From Octopus sinensis (taxonomy: Eukaryota): DNA of 64,000 nucleotides. The notes under the pieces are model-generated. The model saw only the letters and a list, made by a program, of their open reading frames with translations, was not told where the DNA came from and searched no databases. Shown one piece after another: positions 13,805 through 25,479 of this stretch. How positions within the stretch are numbered: the first letter of the stretch is position 1; the number at the start of each line of letters is the position of its first letter. The stretch spans positions 74,090,001 through 74,154,000 of the forward strand of contig NC_043003.1 in assembly GCF_006345805.1 (NCBI RefSeq), written 5' to 3'. The translations under genes were made by a program, and so were the position numbers.

Positions 13805-13810
<6 letters not shown>
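12730..13810 (+). pseudogene. Tc1/mariner-superfamily transposase pseudogene, rosa/DD41D-like
   Basis: GGRxRTVRTTEN, RSVRRILHEDLHF, DEAxF, WFQQNGAT...RLISRFADIP...PDLSMCDYFLWGNLK. The spacing between the second and third acidic positions is about 41-43 residues. Frameshifted. Confidence 0.75.
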
Positions 13811-13865
<55 letters not shown>

Positions 13866-13868
<3 letters not shown>

Positions 13869-14092
13869 TGTGTGTGTCTCTCTCCCCCTCTGTCCACGTG
13901 TGTACCGTTGGCGATGTTTTTCCTCCGTCTTCCTTTCCTGGCATCTTTCCTTTTCCTATGTATCTGACGAAGAGCTCCGCTCGAAAGGTTAGATCCTCCT
14001 TCTTTCCTTCCTTTCCTGAGCGTCCAATAACACCATACTTGTTCTACGTCCTCGCGTTGTTGTGTTTTCTCTTTGTATTTTCATGTTTGGAT

Positions 14093-14097
<5 letters not shown>
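13866..14097 (+). mobile_element. PLE-terminal-like short repeat containing a minimal hammerhead motif (13961-13995)
   Basis: CTGACGA-A-GAGC(TCC)GCTC-GAAA-GG-TT. The downstream tttcctgagcg segment is shared with 40060-40080. Flanked by (TA)n. Confidence 0.6.
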
Positions 14098-14133
<36 letters not shown>

Positions 14134-14183
14134 GCATATATAACATATATAAATATATATATATATGTACACGCATATATAAC

Positions 14184-14217
<34 letters not shown>

Positions 14218-16986
14218 TTGTGTGTATATTTATGGGTTTGTGTATTCATATATGTACATATCGGAGTATGTGCAGAAAACCGAAGATATGTTTCATCTTA
14301 TGAATATTTTATAGGAACGTTTGTCATTAAATCATGCTTCGCTCATGTTCATCGTTTCCTCGGTAAATATGAATGCATATACCTAAGGTCTGTATACACA
14401 AACTACGTTTTGTTGCATTAAACAGCAACTAACGAGAACACACTAAACTTCATTAATATTCTATGTCATGTAATATCATGATGCACATGCAAAATTACAT
14501 TGCATATCGTTTACAAAAATCAGTGGTTATTGCAATATATATATATATAGCATGAGGTATATAATAATGTGCTTAACACCTTGGAAAATGTCTTCATGTG
14601 TGAAATAAGATATGCCCTATAAAATATATTTGACGGAAATCCGTTCATGTAATCATAATATCCAAGCATAGAGGAATACTAGCAGAATGTACTTATAATA
14701 GCATTTTGTTTATTGGTGAAGATTTACTAAGAATTAGTTATGTATGATCGCGTACATCATTGTATTAAATCAAATTCAACTACAATGTTAGACTCTAACA
14801 AACAGACACAAAAAAACTACGCAAGGGAATATATGTATGTACTTAGAAGAGTAAACACATCGTGTCATCTATTCGCACGCTCGCAAACATAAACCAGCGT
14901 ACATACTACACACGTATTACATGTGTAGTCCACACTAGCCTTCTCTGAAGAAATTCCTCCAGTCTAGAGATCGTAGCTAATAACCTTACATAATGTCCCG
15001 GGCATGCGACATATATTAATATTTTTGTTCATATTTATGGACGTTTCCGTATTATCAACATTATTGTTTCCAATTTCCCACCGGGTATCAAAAACAGTTT
15101 TCGGAAATTGTTAGAATCGTAAAGAGGCCTTATCCCTTGAGTTAAAAGACCAGAAAAACCTGACGCCTCGCATGGCAGCTTGCGATCTGTGAGAAGTATC
15201 AAATAACATCATCAGTGGTAAGATGCTGCAAATATATTGCATTACCATAATATAGATACGGAGAATTAAGTCTGAGCAGCGGATGTGCCGGAATCGACAT
15301 TCAATTGCGTTCTGAATTACATATAGTGGAAGCAAGTCAACTGTGATAGCAACGGATTGTCCAACTTACTTGTCTCTTTGATATCGCATGTTAAAATTGC
15401 GAGCCGAGTTTAGGGAAAAATAATGGGGCTCCTTTTAATGTTTTTTGCCTGGCTTTGTGTTTTAATTTACCTTTCAAAAGCATAGGCAAGTAGATGGGAT
15501 GATATACGATCGTAATAGATAAGAATAAAGGTTTTTAAAATAATCTGCGAAATTTTAAAGATTCTTTTGGTACAATGTATACAACGGATGTGACTTCGCG
15601 TTACAAGGGCTTTTCAACAGAAAATTTGCATGACATTATCTATAGCTCTATATGTACTTCGAAAACTAATTCCCGAATGAATTATACACACACATATACA
15701 TATATACATAAGTACATTCACGCAACCAGACACACACACACACATATAAGATATTCAAACAATTCTAGATGCTTGTCTTAAAGTTAATGATATAAAATAT
15801 TAAAGCGGGTTCTTGGGAGGGTTCTTTTGCTTTATGTCTCATCAAAAGTCGATTTCTAATTTCAGAGCGATGCTATGAGTGCATAGCTCAGAGCCATATA
15901 CGAAATGTTTCAGACATGAACCAACGTACAACTAGCTTTCTGCTTTATATATATTTTTATATCATACGCTTGATTCAAACCTATTAAAATTAACAAACAT
16001 ACCAACATGGTAACGTATGATGTAGAAACGCACACGCCCACACACACACACATACACACACACGCACACACGCCCACACACACACACACACACAACACCG
16101 AGTACCAAATTACTAATATTATGTTTAAAATATAATTTTACGTCAAAATATTGATTTTCATTTATTTACTTATTTTGTAACTGCTGTGATAGTGTATTGA
16201 TAATTATGTTAAAACTAGTAGTAATATGTGTGTGTGATGTGTGTCTGTGTGTGAGTTTGTGTATATATATATATATATATATATAGATAGATAGATATAT
16301 GTACGAACGTGTATATGTGCATGTTGTGTTACTTCTATCTGTATATCTCAGTGAGTATCTGTATGTATGGTTGCGTGTATGAATGTGCGTGAGTGTCTGT
16401 ATTTATATAAATGTGTGTACAGTTGTGTAGATTTTATGGCTACCGTTCGATCAATACGCAGATATTTCAATGTTGGAAATATTTAAGATTTAATTAGTTA
16501 TCATACACATTCTAAACTTTTGCATTGACTCTCGTGTTTCTTTTCTTTCTTGACAGAAAACCATCTCATCAACATAAAATATATTACTTATCAATCTCTG
16601 TAGAACATTTCGTGCCCAGAGTACATATTGGGAAAAAGGTAGAGCCGCAATGACACGTAACCGCAGACATATACAGAGGCGGGCAAACGCATGCTGACAC
16701 ACAGTTGCTTTATATATTCGTGAAGTGTCTCTGACAACCACTCATACACACTCCGCTTTGATATTGAGCATTAACACATTAATGCTGTATGTCATAAAAA
16801 AAGACACAATTACGTGGATCAATTAATGCGACAGTATTAACGCTATTCAAAATATAAATTGAAATAAATGTACTCACCAACACATACACACATCCACATA
16901 CAGAAACACCCACATACATACGCATGCATGTGCTCAGACACTTGTATATATAAACGTATGTATATAAGTAAATATATTTGTGAGTT

Positions 16987-17023
<37 letters not shown>

Positions 17024-17030
17024 GTGTGTG

Positions 17031-17083
<53 letters not shown>

Positions 17084-18033
17084 GTAAATATATGTATATA
17101 TATGTATATATATTTATATTTGCGTATATATATATATATATACATAAATACGTATATATATACATATATACATACACATATTATATATATATATATACAT
17201 ATAGATAGATAGATCGATAGATATAGATAGATATAGATAGATAGATAGATAGATAGATATATGTAGGTCCATATTCCTCGTGATCATGTCTAAACTATAG
17301 CACTGATTTACATTTGAGAATAACCGTTGAATAAAATAGCAGACGAGTTGCAATTAGTGACGTTTCTATTCGGATCTTGCCAGCGTTGTCTTAATTTTCT
17401 ATTTTCTACCAATTTTCTTTTCCTTATCATGTCGATTCTACCCAAAGCCTTTCACTATATTTAAAATTGTAACGGTTATCATATTACATCGGATAATTTA
17501 ATAACTACAGGTAAAGTCAAAATTACTCCTACTCAACTTCGCTCTCACACTCGCTCTTAAAGCGTGGGTATATGTATTTGGATAGGTGATATTCTCGTTA
17601 AAACAGACAAGGTCATCAAACTACAATAAAAGATTCATGTCATATTTAAAACTAGAGTATCGTATTTATGACTTCAGATTTCCAGTTTGCATCTGCTCCC
17701 TTTCGAATGCCATACTCTTATCACACCGCCGTCGCACATCTCTTCTTCTACGAGCCTTCGTATTATAAATCAATAATCGTATCTCGATTCCAAGGAATCA
17801 TGGTGCTGTTTATGTATCTGTCTACCTTTGTAACTGTGTTAAGATTATTCTGCCAAGAAGTTTAGATTTGGGATTAAATCATAGAAAAGACACTAGATTC
17901 CCATTTCCATTTTCTGCGATCTACTCGAGAAGTAGCTCTTGTACACATAAGGTAACATGATTGAGCACTAGGTTAATGTGTTGTTTAGCAAGTTTATAAC
18001 CGTTGTACGACGGTTCGAAGAAGACGCACGTTT

Positions 18034-18093
<60 letters not shown>

Positions 18094-18127
18094 ATATTGA
18101 AATATATTTATATATACATATTCTTTT

Positions 18128-18329
18128 CTATATTTAAGAGATGAGGAATTGTGTATTTATTTACGTCATTTACATTCGACGGATATTTGTCCTCATCTTG
18201 TTTGTTTTTAACACAAATTTTCAGCTGATATATTCCCCAGCCTGCTTCAGGTGTCTTGGAATCGAACTCAGAATCTTGGGCTTAGTAGCCCGCGCTCTTT
18301 AGCATTATGCCATATGCCCACGGGCATAT
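18128..18329 (-). mobile_element. Composite tRNA-head / hammerhead-tail element, internally deleted copy
   Basis: The minus-strand tRNA-like head (18246-18312) is fused directly to a degenerate HHR tail (18210-18256). The central palindrome atatgccc-ac-gggcatat lies at 18312-18329. Homologous to 34587-34998 and 59540-60101. Confidence 0.7.
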
Positions 18330-18364
18330 TAGAGGCCAGCATACTAAAATATCGTAATGGTTTA

Positions 18365-18735
18365 TCTATATATATATATATAACTGAGAATGTGTGTGTG
18401 TGTCTGTTTGTCCCTTTGTATGTATGTGTGCATCAGTAAAACTCGAGAACTATCCAACCGATTTCATTCAAATTTTACATATGCCTTACTTCAGGTCCAT
18501 ACAGTGTCATGGGCCAAAACTTTTTCAACTTTTTATTTCATTATATTGGTCATAACGCCTTACACAGAGAAAGGAAGCTGCGGGCTGGACGTAGACATAA
18601 TTTTATATGAAATGAAAATAAAAATGATGATTAATGGGGGAAACAAAACGACGTCCGCCGATCGATTTTTTCCCGAGGATATTGATTTCTTGTATATTGT
18701 TCATGAGGCAACAAACCTCTACACTGTTCCCAATA
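18365..18735 (+). mobile_element. Possible non-autonomous Helitron-like 5' segment
   Basis: The pattern TCTATATAT..(GT)n ctgtttgtcc...aaaactcgagaact..caaccgatttcattcaaatttt resembles recalled metazoan Helitron 5' ends. No 3' hairpin-CTAG end found. Confidence 0.3.
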
Positions 18736-19199
18736 TTTAATAATAAAAGGAACTTCCAATAACACTGAGGCTTTTCAACCTCTTATCCATATTCATCCTC
18801 AACATTGCTTGTGCCCGCATCCTCCACCAACACCCACGCCCCGCCCCATTCAAAATCAAAGCGTGTGCGGTGTCGGTTTCGCCCGGGTACAAGCGATATG
18901 TCTCATTGAGTCCCTCCAGCCTCTACGTCACGGGCAACGTTATGACCTCCACATCTATCTGCGGAGGTCATTCGAGACCATGTGTGCAGGCTAAATGTGC
19001 TCCCTTATGGCGCTTTTCCACCGCATTTTCAAGCTCTCCGCCTCTATAGAAGAAGACAAAGAATTCGTCTTCCTCCGGGGGCGAAATATCCAATCCTACT
19101 GTTGGCGGCACAGTTCCCATCAACGGTGTATCTTCCCCTGCCTGTGGAACAACCCCAACCGACGAGGTTCGGGACATTCCTGTACTATGTCACCGACAG

Positions 19200-20035
19200 C
19201 TGGCAATGTCCCATTTCTCTTCCTCTTCCTCTTTTTTTACTTTTCAAGTGAGTGAGGATGCGTGTCCTCCATGACCGGGAGATTCGGCTCCCCTTCCTCA
19301 TCCCTAAGATGCTTCGGTGAGCACCCATTATTGCTCACCTTCTTCCTCTTGCGGCCCTTCTTTGAGGAGTCTTTCCCCTCCTAGACTGGTTTTATTCCCT
19401 CTTCTACAGAGGACTCAATCAACTGCTCCAGGACCTTACTTTGTTCCTGGAGACAGCTATTCTTTATATGGCCAGGCTCCAGACAGCGATGACACCTGGC
19501 GGGCGACCCTCAAGAATCACCGAGTTATTGCACCCGGCTATTTTCAAAAAATCTGTAAAAACCAGATAGGCTGATTGGGTCCTGACCCAACCCAATCAGC
19601 CGAAGGAAAAAATTCACGTTAAGGAGCTTGACTCCGCTGCCACCCAGGCCCCAGCAGATAGTCTGCTCTATCCACTAAGGTTTTATACCGGGTGGCAACC
19701 CGCAGACCCAAGCTCTTGTCAACCTCTTCCCAAAATACGTGTGGAGAAACAAAATGTCCTTGCCTCTAAGGGCTGGCTCGCAAATTTGCCAGCCTCTTCA
19801 GGGTTATCAAATACCAACCACACCTTTGCATATTTGACACCCTGGAAATGAATTTAATTGTTGGCAAATACTCTGCCAACTCTTTTTCAATTACAGCCTT
19901 TTCAAATTGGGCGATGGTGTCGAGTGACTTGGGGTAGGTCTTCAACACCACCGTCTTCTCTTTACTGTCTTTCAACCACTGTTTGGGTGGTATAATTTCC
20001 CACTCCAAAATATTGTCTTTTCTCATTGCCATGTT
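19200..20035 (-). pseudogene. Gag-like ORF1 relic of a non-LTR element (L1/Tx1-like) with a CCHC zinc knuckle
   Basis: The minus strand continues from ORF 19766..20032 through RAWVCGLPPGI to VILEGRPP/RCHRCLEPGHIKNSC (CX2CX4HX4C at about 19453-19494). A frameshift and stops are present. Confidence 0.65.
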
Positions 20036-20904
20036 TTTTTAACAGTTCTAGAATAGTTCAAAATAAAACTTAAAAAGGGAGAAGAAAGAAGAAATCAAAA
20101 TAAAGTCACAATAAAATGGAAAGAAGTAAAGGAGAACAATTCACGAAAAAGAAAGTAAAAATGTTTAGAAGAAAGAAGGTCAATAGTTCAAAAACACAGC
20201 AAAATAAATCTTCCGGCCACTAGGTACTCCCGGCCATGTTCGAACCCGGAACATCACAGCAGGAACAAAACTTCCCCCAAAACTGGTATACAAGTTGTTC
20301 AATCTTCGAAGGCAAAGGGTCTCTCCCAAAACATCAATTCCCACAATTATTTTAAATATTCGCAAAAAGTGAAAAAAATTTTAGTAGGCACGAAACGCCC
20401 CCAAGCAACAATTCTCACAATTAAGTGAGAAAATTATTCACTTAACGTGAACTACTTACTTGGAAGATGGATACGCCCCCAAACAAAAATTCTCACAATT
20501 AAGTAAGAAAAAATATTCACTCCACTGCATGTAGACCAGAGTTTAGAATCCAATGAGGAGTTCTTGTTTGTAAAAAAGCTATTGCCACAAGCAACAACCC
20601 CCACTAGACCCCAAAACAAGAGTCTTACCTTACAGGGGAGCTTCAAAATTTTTCAGTTCAAGATGGTTTCAAAAGCACGTCTTCACCACTTCAGTGCCAA
20701 ACACAGTTTTCAACTTATTGCCTATTGCGAGCCCGGAGCAATCTCTTATCTCCTACACTATTTCAGTATACGAGTCAAAAGTGAAACAACATGTCGGTTG
20801 TAACGTAAGATAATACTTTGAATATGTATATAATATATAACTTTGATAATTTTGATAGGTTTTGGCCTGATACTATTATATCACATATAAACATGCATAT
20901 ATAC

Positions 20905-21123
20905 TTTTTACTCTTTTACTAGTTTCAGTCATTTGATTGCGGCCAGGCTGGAGCCCCACCTTTAATTGGGCAAATCGAGGCCAGAGATTATTCTTTGTAA
21001 GCCTAGTACTTATTCTCAGTCTCTTTTGCCGAAACGCTAAGTTAAGAGGGAGCAAACACACCAGCATTGGTTGACAAGCTATGTTGGGGGACACAAAGAC
21101 AAACATGCAAACATATACACACG

Positions 21124-21187
<64 letters not shown>

Positions 21188-21350
21188 TATATATATACAT
21201 ACATACATATATGACGGACTTTTACCAGTTTCCGTCTACCAAATCCACTCACAAGGCTTTGGACGGCCCGAGGCTATAGTAGAAGACACTTGCTAAAAGT
21301 GTCACGCAATGGGACTGAACCTAGGACCATGTGGTTCGTAAGCACGCTAC
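20905..21350 (-). mobile_element. tRNA-derived SINE (family B) with an internal (TA)n microsatellite
   Basis: Reverse-complement homolog of 22310-22417, 41113-41490 and 63877-64000. Confidence 0.85.
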
Positions 21351-21499
21351 ATTATTTCTTTTAAATTGCCACAAATGCATTACATAGAGGAGCCACTACA
21401 ACACATGTGGGGACATATAACAATTAAATAAAATATGATGCTATGAATGATATAAAATGAACATTAAAATCATTAAAATCAAAATATTAAATTAACGAT

Positions 21500-22230
21500 A
21501 CATCAATGATGACTAAGAAATAAGAATATGTGGAAAGTGTGTTACTCACCCGACATTGAGTAACACCACTCGCCACCTCTGAGTCCTGAGTCTTCTTTAG
21601 ACTTTGGTCTAATCTTTCCTTTACCGTTTTCCCCATCGCTGAGTGACAACATCTCTCCACCGTATACACGTAACCTTTTTCACCCGGGGAGAGGTCTTGT
21701 AAATTTTCTGGTATCTGTTCTTTCCTCTTTTATTCCTGTAGGGAGAAGGGGTTATGTGGGTTTGGTGACTGTACGGGGAGAGTGGGTATGAGTGGTCTTG
21801 GGTGGGATTGATATGGTATCCGATATGACATCACACTGACTGTTTTTCCTAGTCTTTCTCTTTTCCCTATTATTCTCTGTCAATGTCCATTCATCCTCCT
21901 TGTTCCTTCAATCTATATGTACCTTTTCCTTTTTCTCCTCCGTCTCCACCACTGCTTTTTCTATCGTTTTCTTCTATGGAGGGCAGTGCACTCTAATGTG
22001 GCCCTTTTGGCCACATTGAAAGTAGCGCGGGATTTTGCTTTCCACCCACACTCTTAGAACCATATCGTCCAAGGATACTGCAAAATTTCCAATTAGTAGC
22101 TCAGTGCCTACTAGAGGAAAATAATTAGATCTTTTGTAATCACTCCAGTAGTGGGCAACCGTTTGCTAGGCACGGCATAGTGTGACCTCGTTGGTAATAT
22201 ATAGAAAATCCAGTGACGTACAATCACTCA
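21500..22230 (-). pseudogene. Second gag-like ORF1 relic with a degenerate CCHC knuckle
   Basis: The minus strand at about 21981-22050 reads VWVESKIPRYFQCGQKGHIRVHCP (first Cys replaced by Tyr), followed by a purine-rich, Glu/Lys-like low-complexity stretch. Confidence 0.55.
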
Positions 22231-22309
22231 CCTTGTAACTAGCAAACCAGTCCGTTATAATGTCTCTGTTCTAGATAGAAGCATACGCAGCAAGTATAAT
22301 GTATGTATA

Positions 22310-22417
22310 GGAGCGTGGTATGTAGCTTGCTTACCGACCACATGGTTCCGCGTTCAGTCTCGGGCCGGCCAAAGCCTTGTGAGTGGATTTGGTAGAGGAA
22401 ACTGAAAAGCGCCCGTC
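22310..22417 (+). mobile_element. 5' half of a family B SINE, split by nested insertions
   Basis: Head gagcgtggtatgtagcttgcttaccgaccacatggttccgcgttcagtc...ggatttggtagaggaaactgaaaagcgcccgtcg, then (TA)n. The matching 3' half appears at 25480-25655. Confidence 0.75.
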
Positions 22418-22480
<63 letters not shown>

Positions 22481-22484
<4 letters not shown>

Positions 22485-24021
22485 CTCACGCCTCAGCAAT
22501 TTCTTAGACACACTTCTTAAACCTTTCCTAAAACACATCAAAAGCTACGTAAGAGACGATATAGATATGCTCAACCACCTCCCTAAAACAGTCAATGAGA
22601 AAACCCTTCTAGTATCATTCGACGTAGTTAATCTTTATTCTAACATCCCTCACAACCTAGGAATAGAAGCGATCACCTTCTGGCTGAATAACTACCCCTT
22701 TGAACTCCCAACTCACATAAACAAAGACTTTATAATAGAAGGACTTAGATTCATTTTAGAGAACAATTATTTTATATTTGACAATGATTTCTACAGACAA
22801 AGATCGGGAACAGCGATGGGCACGCGTACTGCACCATCTTTTGCCAACCTAGTGATGGGATACCTCGAGAAAATACTATACCGGATAACACTCGAGAAAT
22901 ATGGAAACACCTTCGCCACCTATATCCATAACAATTGGAAAAGATACCTCGATGACTGTTTCATCATCTGGGACAAAGGTATAGAGAAACTTGAGGAATT
23001 TAAAATACTATTAAATAGAATAAATGACAATATACAATTCACGATGGACCACAACGAAAAAGAATTACCATTTTTAGACATCCTCATTAAGAAAACCGGC
23101 AACAAAATAGAGACAGATATCTACTTTAAACCGACAGACTCTAAACAGGACCTACCCTTTGATTCATGCCACCCACGACACACTAGAATGAATGTCCCTT
23201 TTTGTTTAGCTAGAAGGATTTGCACCATAATATCAGACGCAAACACCCGACACACACGTCTCCAGGAACTTAGAACCACACTCACAAATAGAAACTATCC
23301 ACAGCCCCTAATAGACAGTGCAATCCAACGGGTACTTAAATTAAGTAAAGAAGACCTGAGACAAACAAAACCAAAAAAGAAAGAACAATTAAAAACCCTT
23401 CCCTACATCTCTACACACAACCCACTCAACAATGAGGCCTTCAACACCATAATACAAAGCACAGCCCTACTAAAGGGAGACCCAAAGATGAACCGGATCC
23501 TCGAAACACACACCATCATTAAAAGTAAACGGCAACCAAAATCCTTGAAAAGGATTTTAACCCAAGTTACACTGCACTCAACATCAACCACAAAACCAGC
23601 AGTTAGAAAATGTGGAAGGCCCAACTGCGGAATCTGTGTCATCTTGAAAGAAGGATCAGAATTTATACTGGAACAAGGCCACCAGTTCACCATTAGAACA
23701 AACTTCACCTGCGCATCAGAAAACTTAATTTACGTCATAACATGCGCAGGATGCAATAGGCAGTATATAGGCCATACAAAAAATAACAGGATGGCGGTGC
23801 ATAAATCACAAATTAGAAACCCTGATTACCGCAAAATACCGGTCAGCGGACACATAGATAGATGTGCTGGAAATGTAAATCCGAAATTTACAACTAACCC
23901 GCTCTATAAATTCAGTGACAACGCAACCTTCACACAACGCCAAAATAAAGAACTGTATTTCATAAAAAAATTTAGACCAAGTTTAAACACCCTGGGCCAG
24001 GAATATGAAAACGAAAGATAA
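22481..24021 (+). CDS. Penelope-like retroelement RT + GIY-YIG endonuclease, 5'-truncated, open reading frame
   Basis: The open frame extends upstream of Met 22567 to 22483 (RLSNFLD..LKP..SYVRD). Motifs: LVSFDVVNLYSNIP, FILENNYFIFD, GTAMGTRTAPSFANLVMG, WKRYLDDCF, LPFLD, SCHP, CGRPNCGIC, LIYVITCAGCNRQYIGHT. Confidence 0.92.
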
Positions 24022-24185
24022 GTCCTCCGAAAAGGAAAAGCAAAATTCCACCACGGCCGCTACCTTAAACAGTCACTCGCACTGACGGAAATATGCCTTA
24101 GTAAAAAAGGAAAAAAATTCTTTCGTGCAAATCTGACCCTGATGGACTGACCACATACGATACAGCTAAGGGTCAAACCCGATTC

Positions 24186-24605
24186 TGATTGGTCAACACG
24201 TTGATGACGTCTAGTTCTGCTAGAATGGACAGGATACAAACATGGGGCAGAGATTAGTCAGAATATTGATGACGTACCTTTCTGCTTGACTAGACACCGA
24301 ACAAAATACAGACAGGGGGCAAATCTAATGCAGCTATAAGTCGTGATTGGGCAGAATCTTGATGACGTCCCGTTCTGCTTGACTAAGCCACCTAACGAAA
24401 CGACTGTCCAAAACAGGAAACAAACAAGAGGCAGTTATAATACAGCGATAGGTCACGATTGGTCAGAATGTTGATGACGTACCGTTCTGCTTGACTAAAG
24501 CCACCTAACGAAACGATTGGTCAAAACGTTGATGACGTCACGCTACGCTGGACTGACCACCTGACAGGCATTATAAAACCCGAACAATCCACAAAACTCA
24601 CCAGA
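24186..24605 (+). promoter_or_regulatory. Five-unit inverted-CCAAT + CRE/ATF array followed by TATA box and Inr-like site in the PLE 3' region
   Basis: The units GATT(G/A)G-N12-TGACGT start at about 24187, 24252, 24345, 24457 and 24515; the last has a full TGACGTCA. TATAAAA lies at 24572-24578, with TCA(24600)C 28 nt downstream of its start. Confidence 0.6.
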
Positions 24606-25032
24606 ATAACCCAGCGAACAACCATCATGGGTCATCACAATTGCTTAAGTTAAAAATGAATTCCTCGCTCTTTCGGGAACATCAATCCTCTGTATTGACT
24701 GCTTTCCACCACTTTGATCTGTTTTTTGTATTGAATACGTATCGCCACCGCGGGCCACTGCATCGAACACTTTGAACATATAGCATGAATGAACTTACTT
24801 CAAACTATATCTGAACTTTAAGATGTCTGACTCCGTTGAGTATTGTAAATGAATTTGTTGTGTTTGACGGCATGAGCTGTCTTTTTTTATATATAACTTT
24901 TTTTGATAAGGTTCATTTCAGGAACTGAAACATGTTATAATGTATATATAAAAATTAAAAATTTTATAATATATTGCAGCATTTTCGAACTTCATTTTTT
25001 ACAAATATATATATATATATATATCTATATAT

Positions 25033-25064
<32 letters not shown>

Positions 25065-25104
25065 ATATATATATATTATATTATATATATATATATATAT
25101 ATTA

Positions 25105-25420
25105 GAGCGGCGAGCTTACGATCGTGAGGTTGTGAGCTCGAATCCCGGACCGGGCTGCGTGTTGTGTTCTTGAGCAAAGCACTTTATTTCACGTTGCTCC
25201 AGTTCACTCAGCTGTAGAAATGAGATGCGACGTCAGAGCTGCCAAGCTGTTTCGACCTTTGTCTTTCCCTTGGATAACACTGGTGGCGTGGAGAGGGGAG
25301 GCTGATATGCATGGGCGACTGCTGGTCTTCCATAAACAACCTTGCCCGGACTTGTGTCTAGGAGTGTAACTTTCTAGGTGCAATCCCATGGTCATTCATG
25401 ACCGAAGGGGGTCTTTACCC
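25105..25420 (+). mobile_element. tRNA-derived SINE (family C, CORE/V-like central domain)
   Basis: B-box-like GCTCGAATCC followed by gtgttcttgagcaaagcactttatttcacgttgctccagttcactcagctgtagaaatgag. Homolog at 28228-28375. Confidence 0.75.
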
Positions 25421-25479
25421 TTTTATATATATATATTATATATATATATATATATTTATATATATACATATATATATAT

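Noticed and set aside
15115-15217. Possible host exon (ttag| ... |gtaaga)
   Set aside because: All three plus-strand frames contain stops and no neighbouring exons are supported.
19569-19601. 11-bp-arm palindrome GGCTGATTGGG / CCCAATCAGCC
   Set aside because: A single occurrence inside an ORF1 relic; chance or micro-inversion cannot be separated from function.
21995-22017. 9-bp-arm hairpin AATGTGGCC / GGCCACATT
   Set aside because: It coincides with the Cys-Gly and Gly-His codons of the zinc knuckle, so it is likely a coding by-product.
24186-24560. CRISPR-like repeat-spacer array
   Set aside because: The units are degenerate and irregularly spaced, sit in a eukaryotic retroelement UTR, and have no cas genes. 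A promoter-motif array explains them better.
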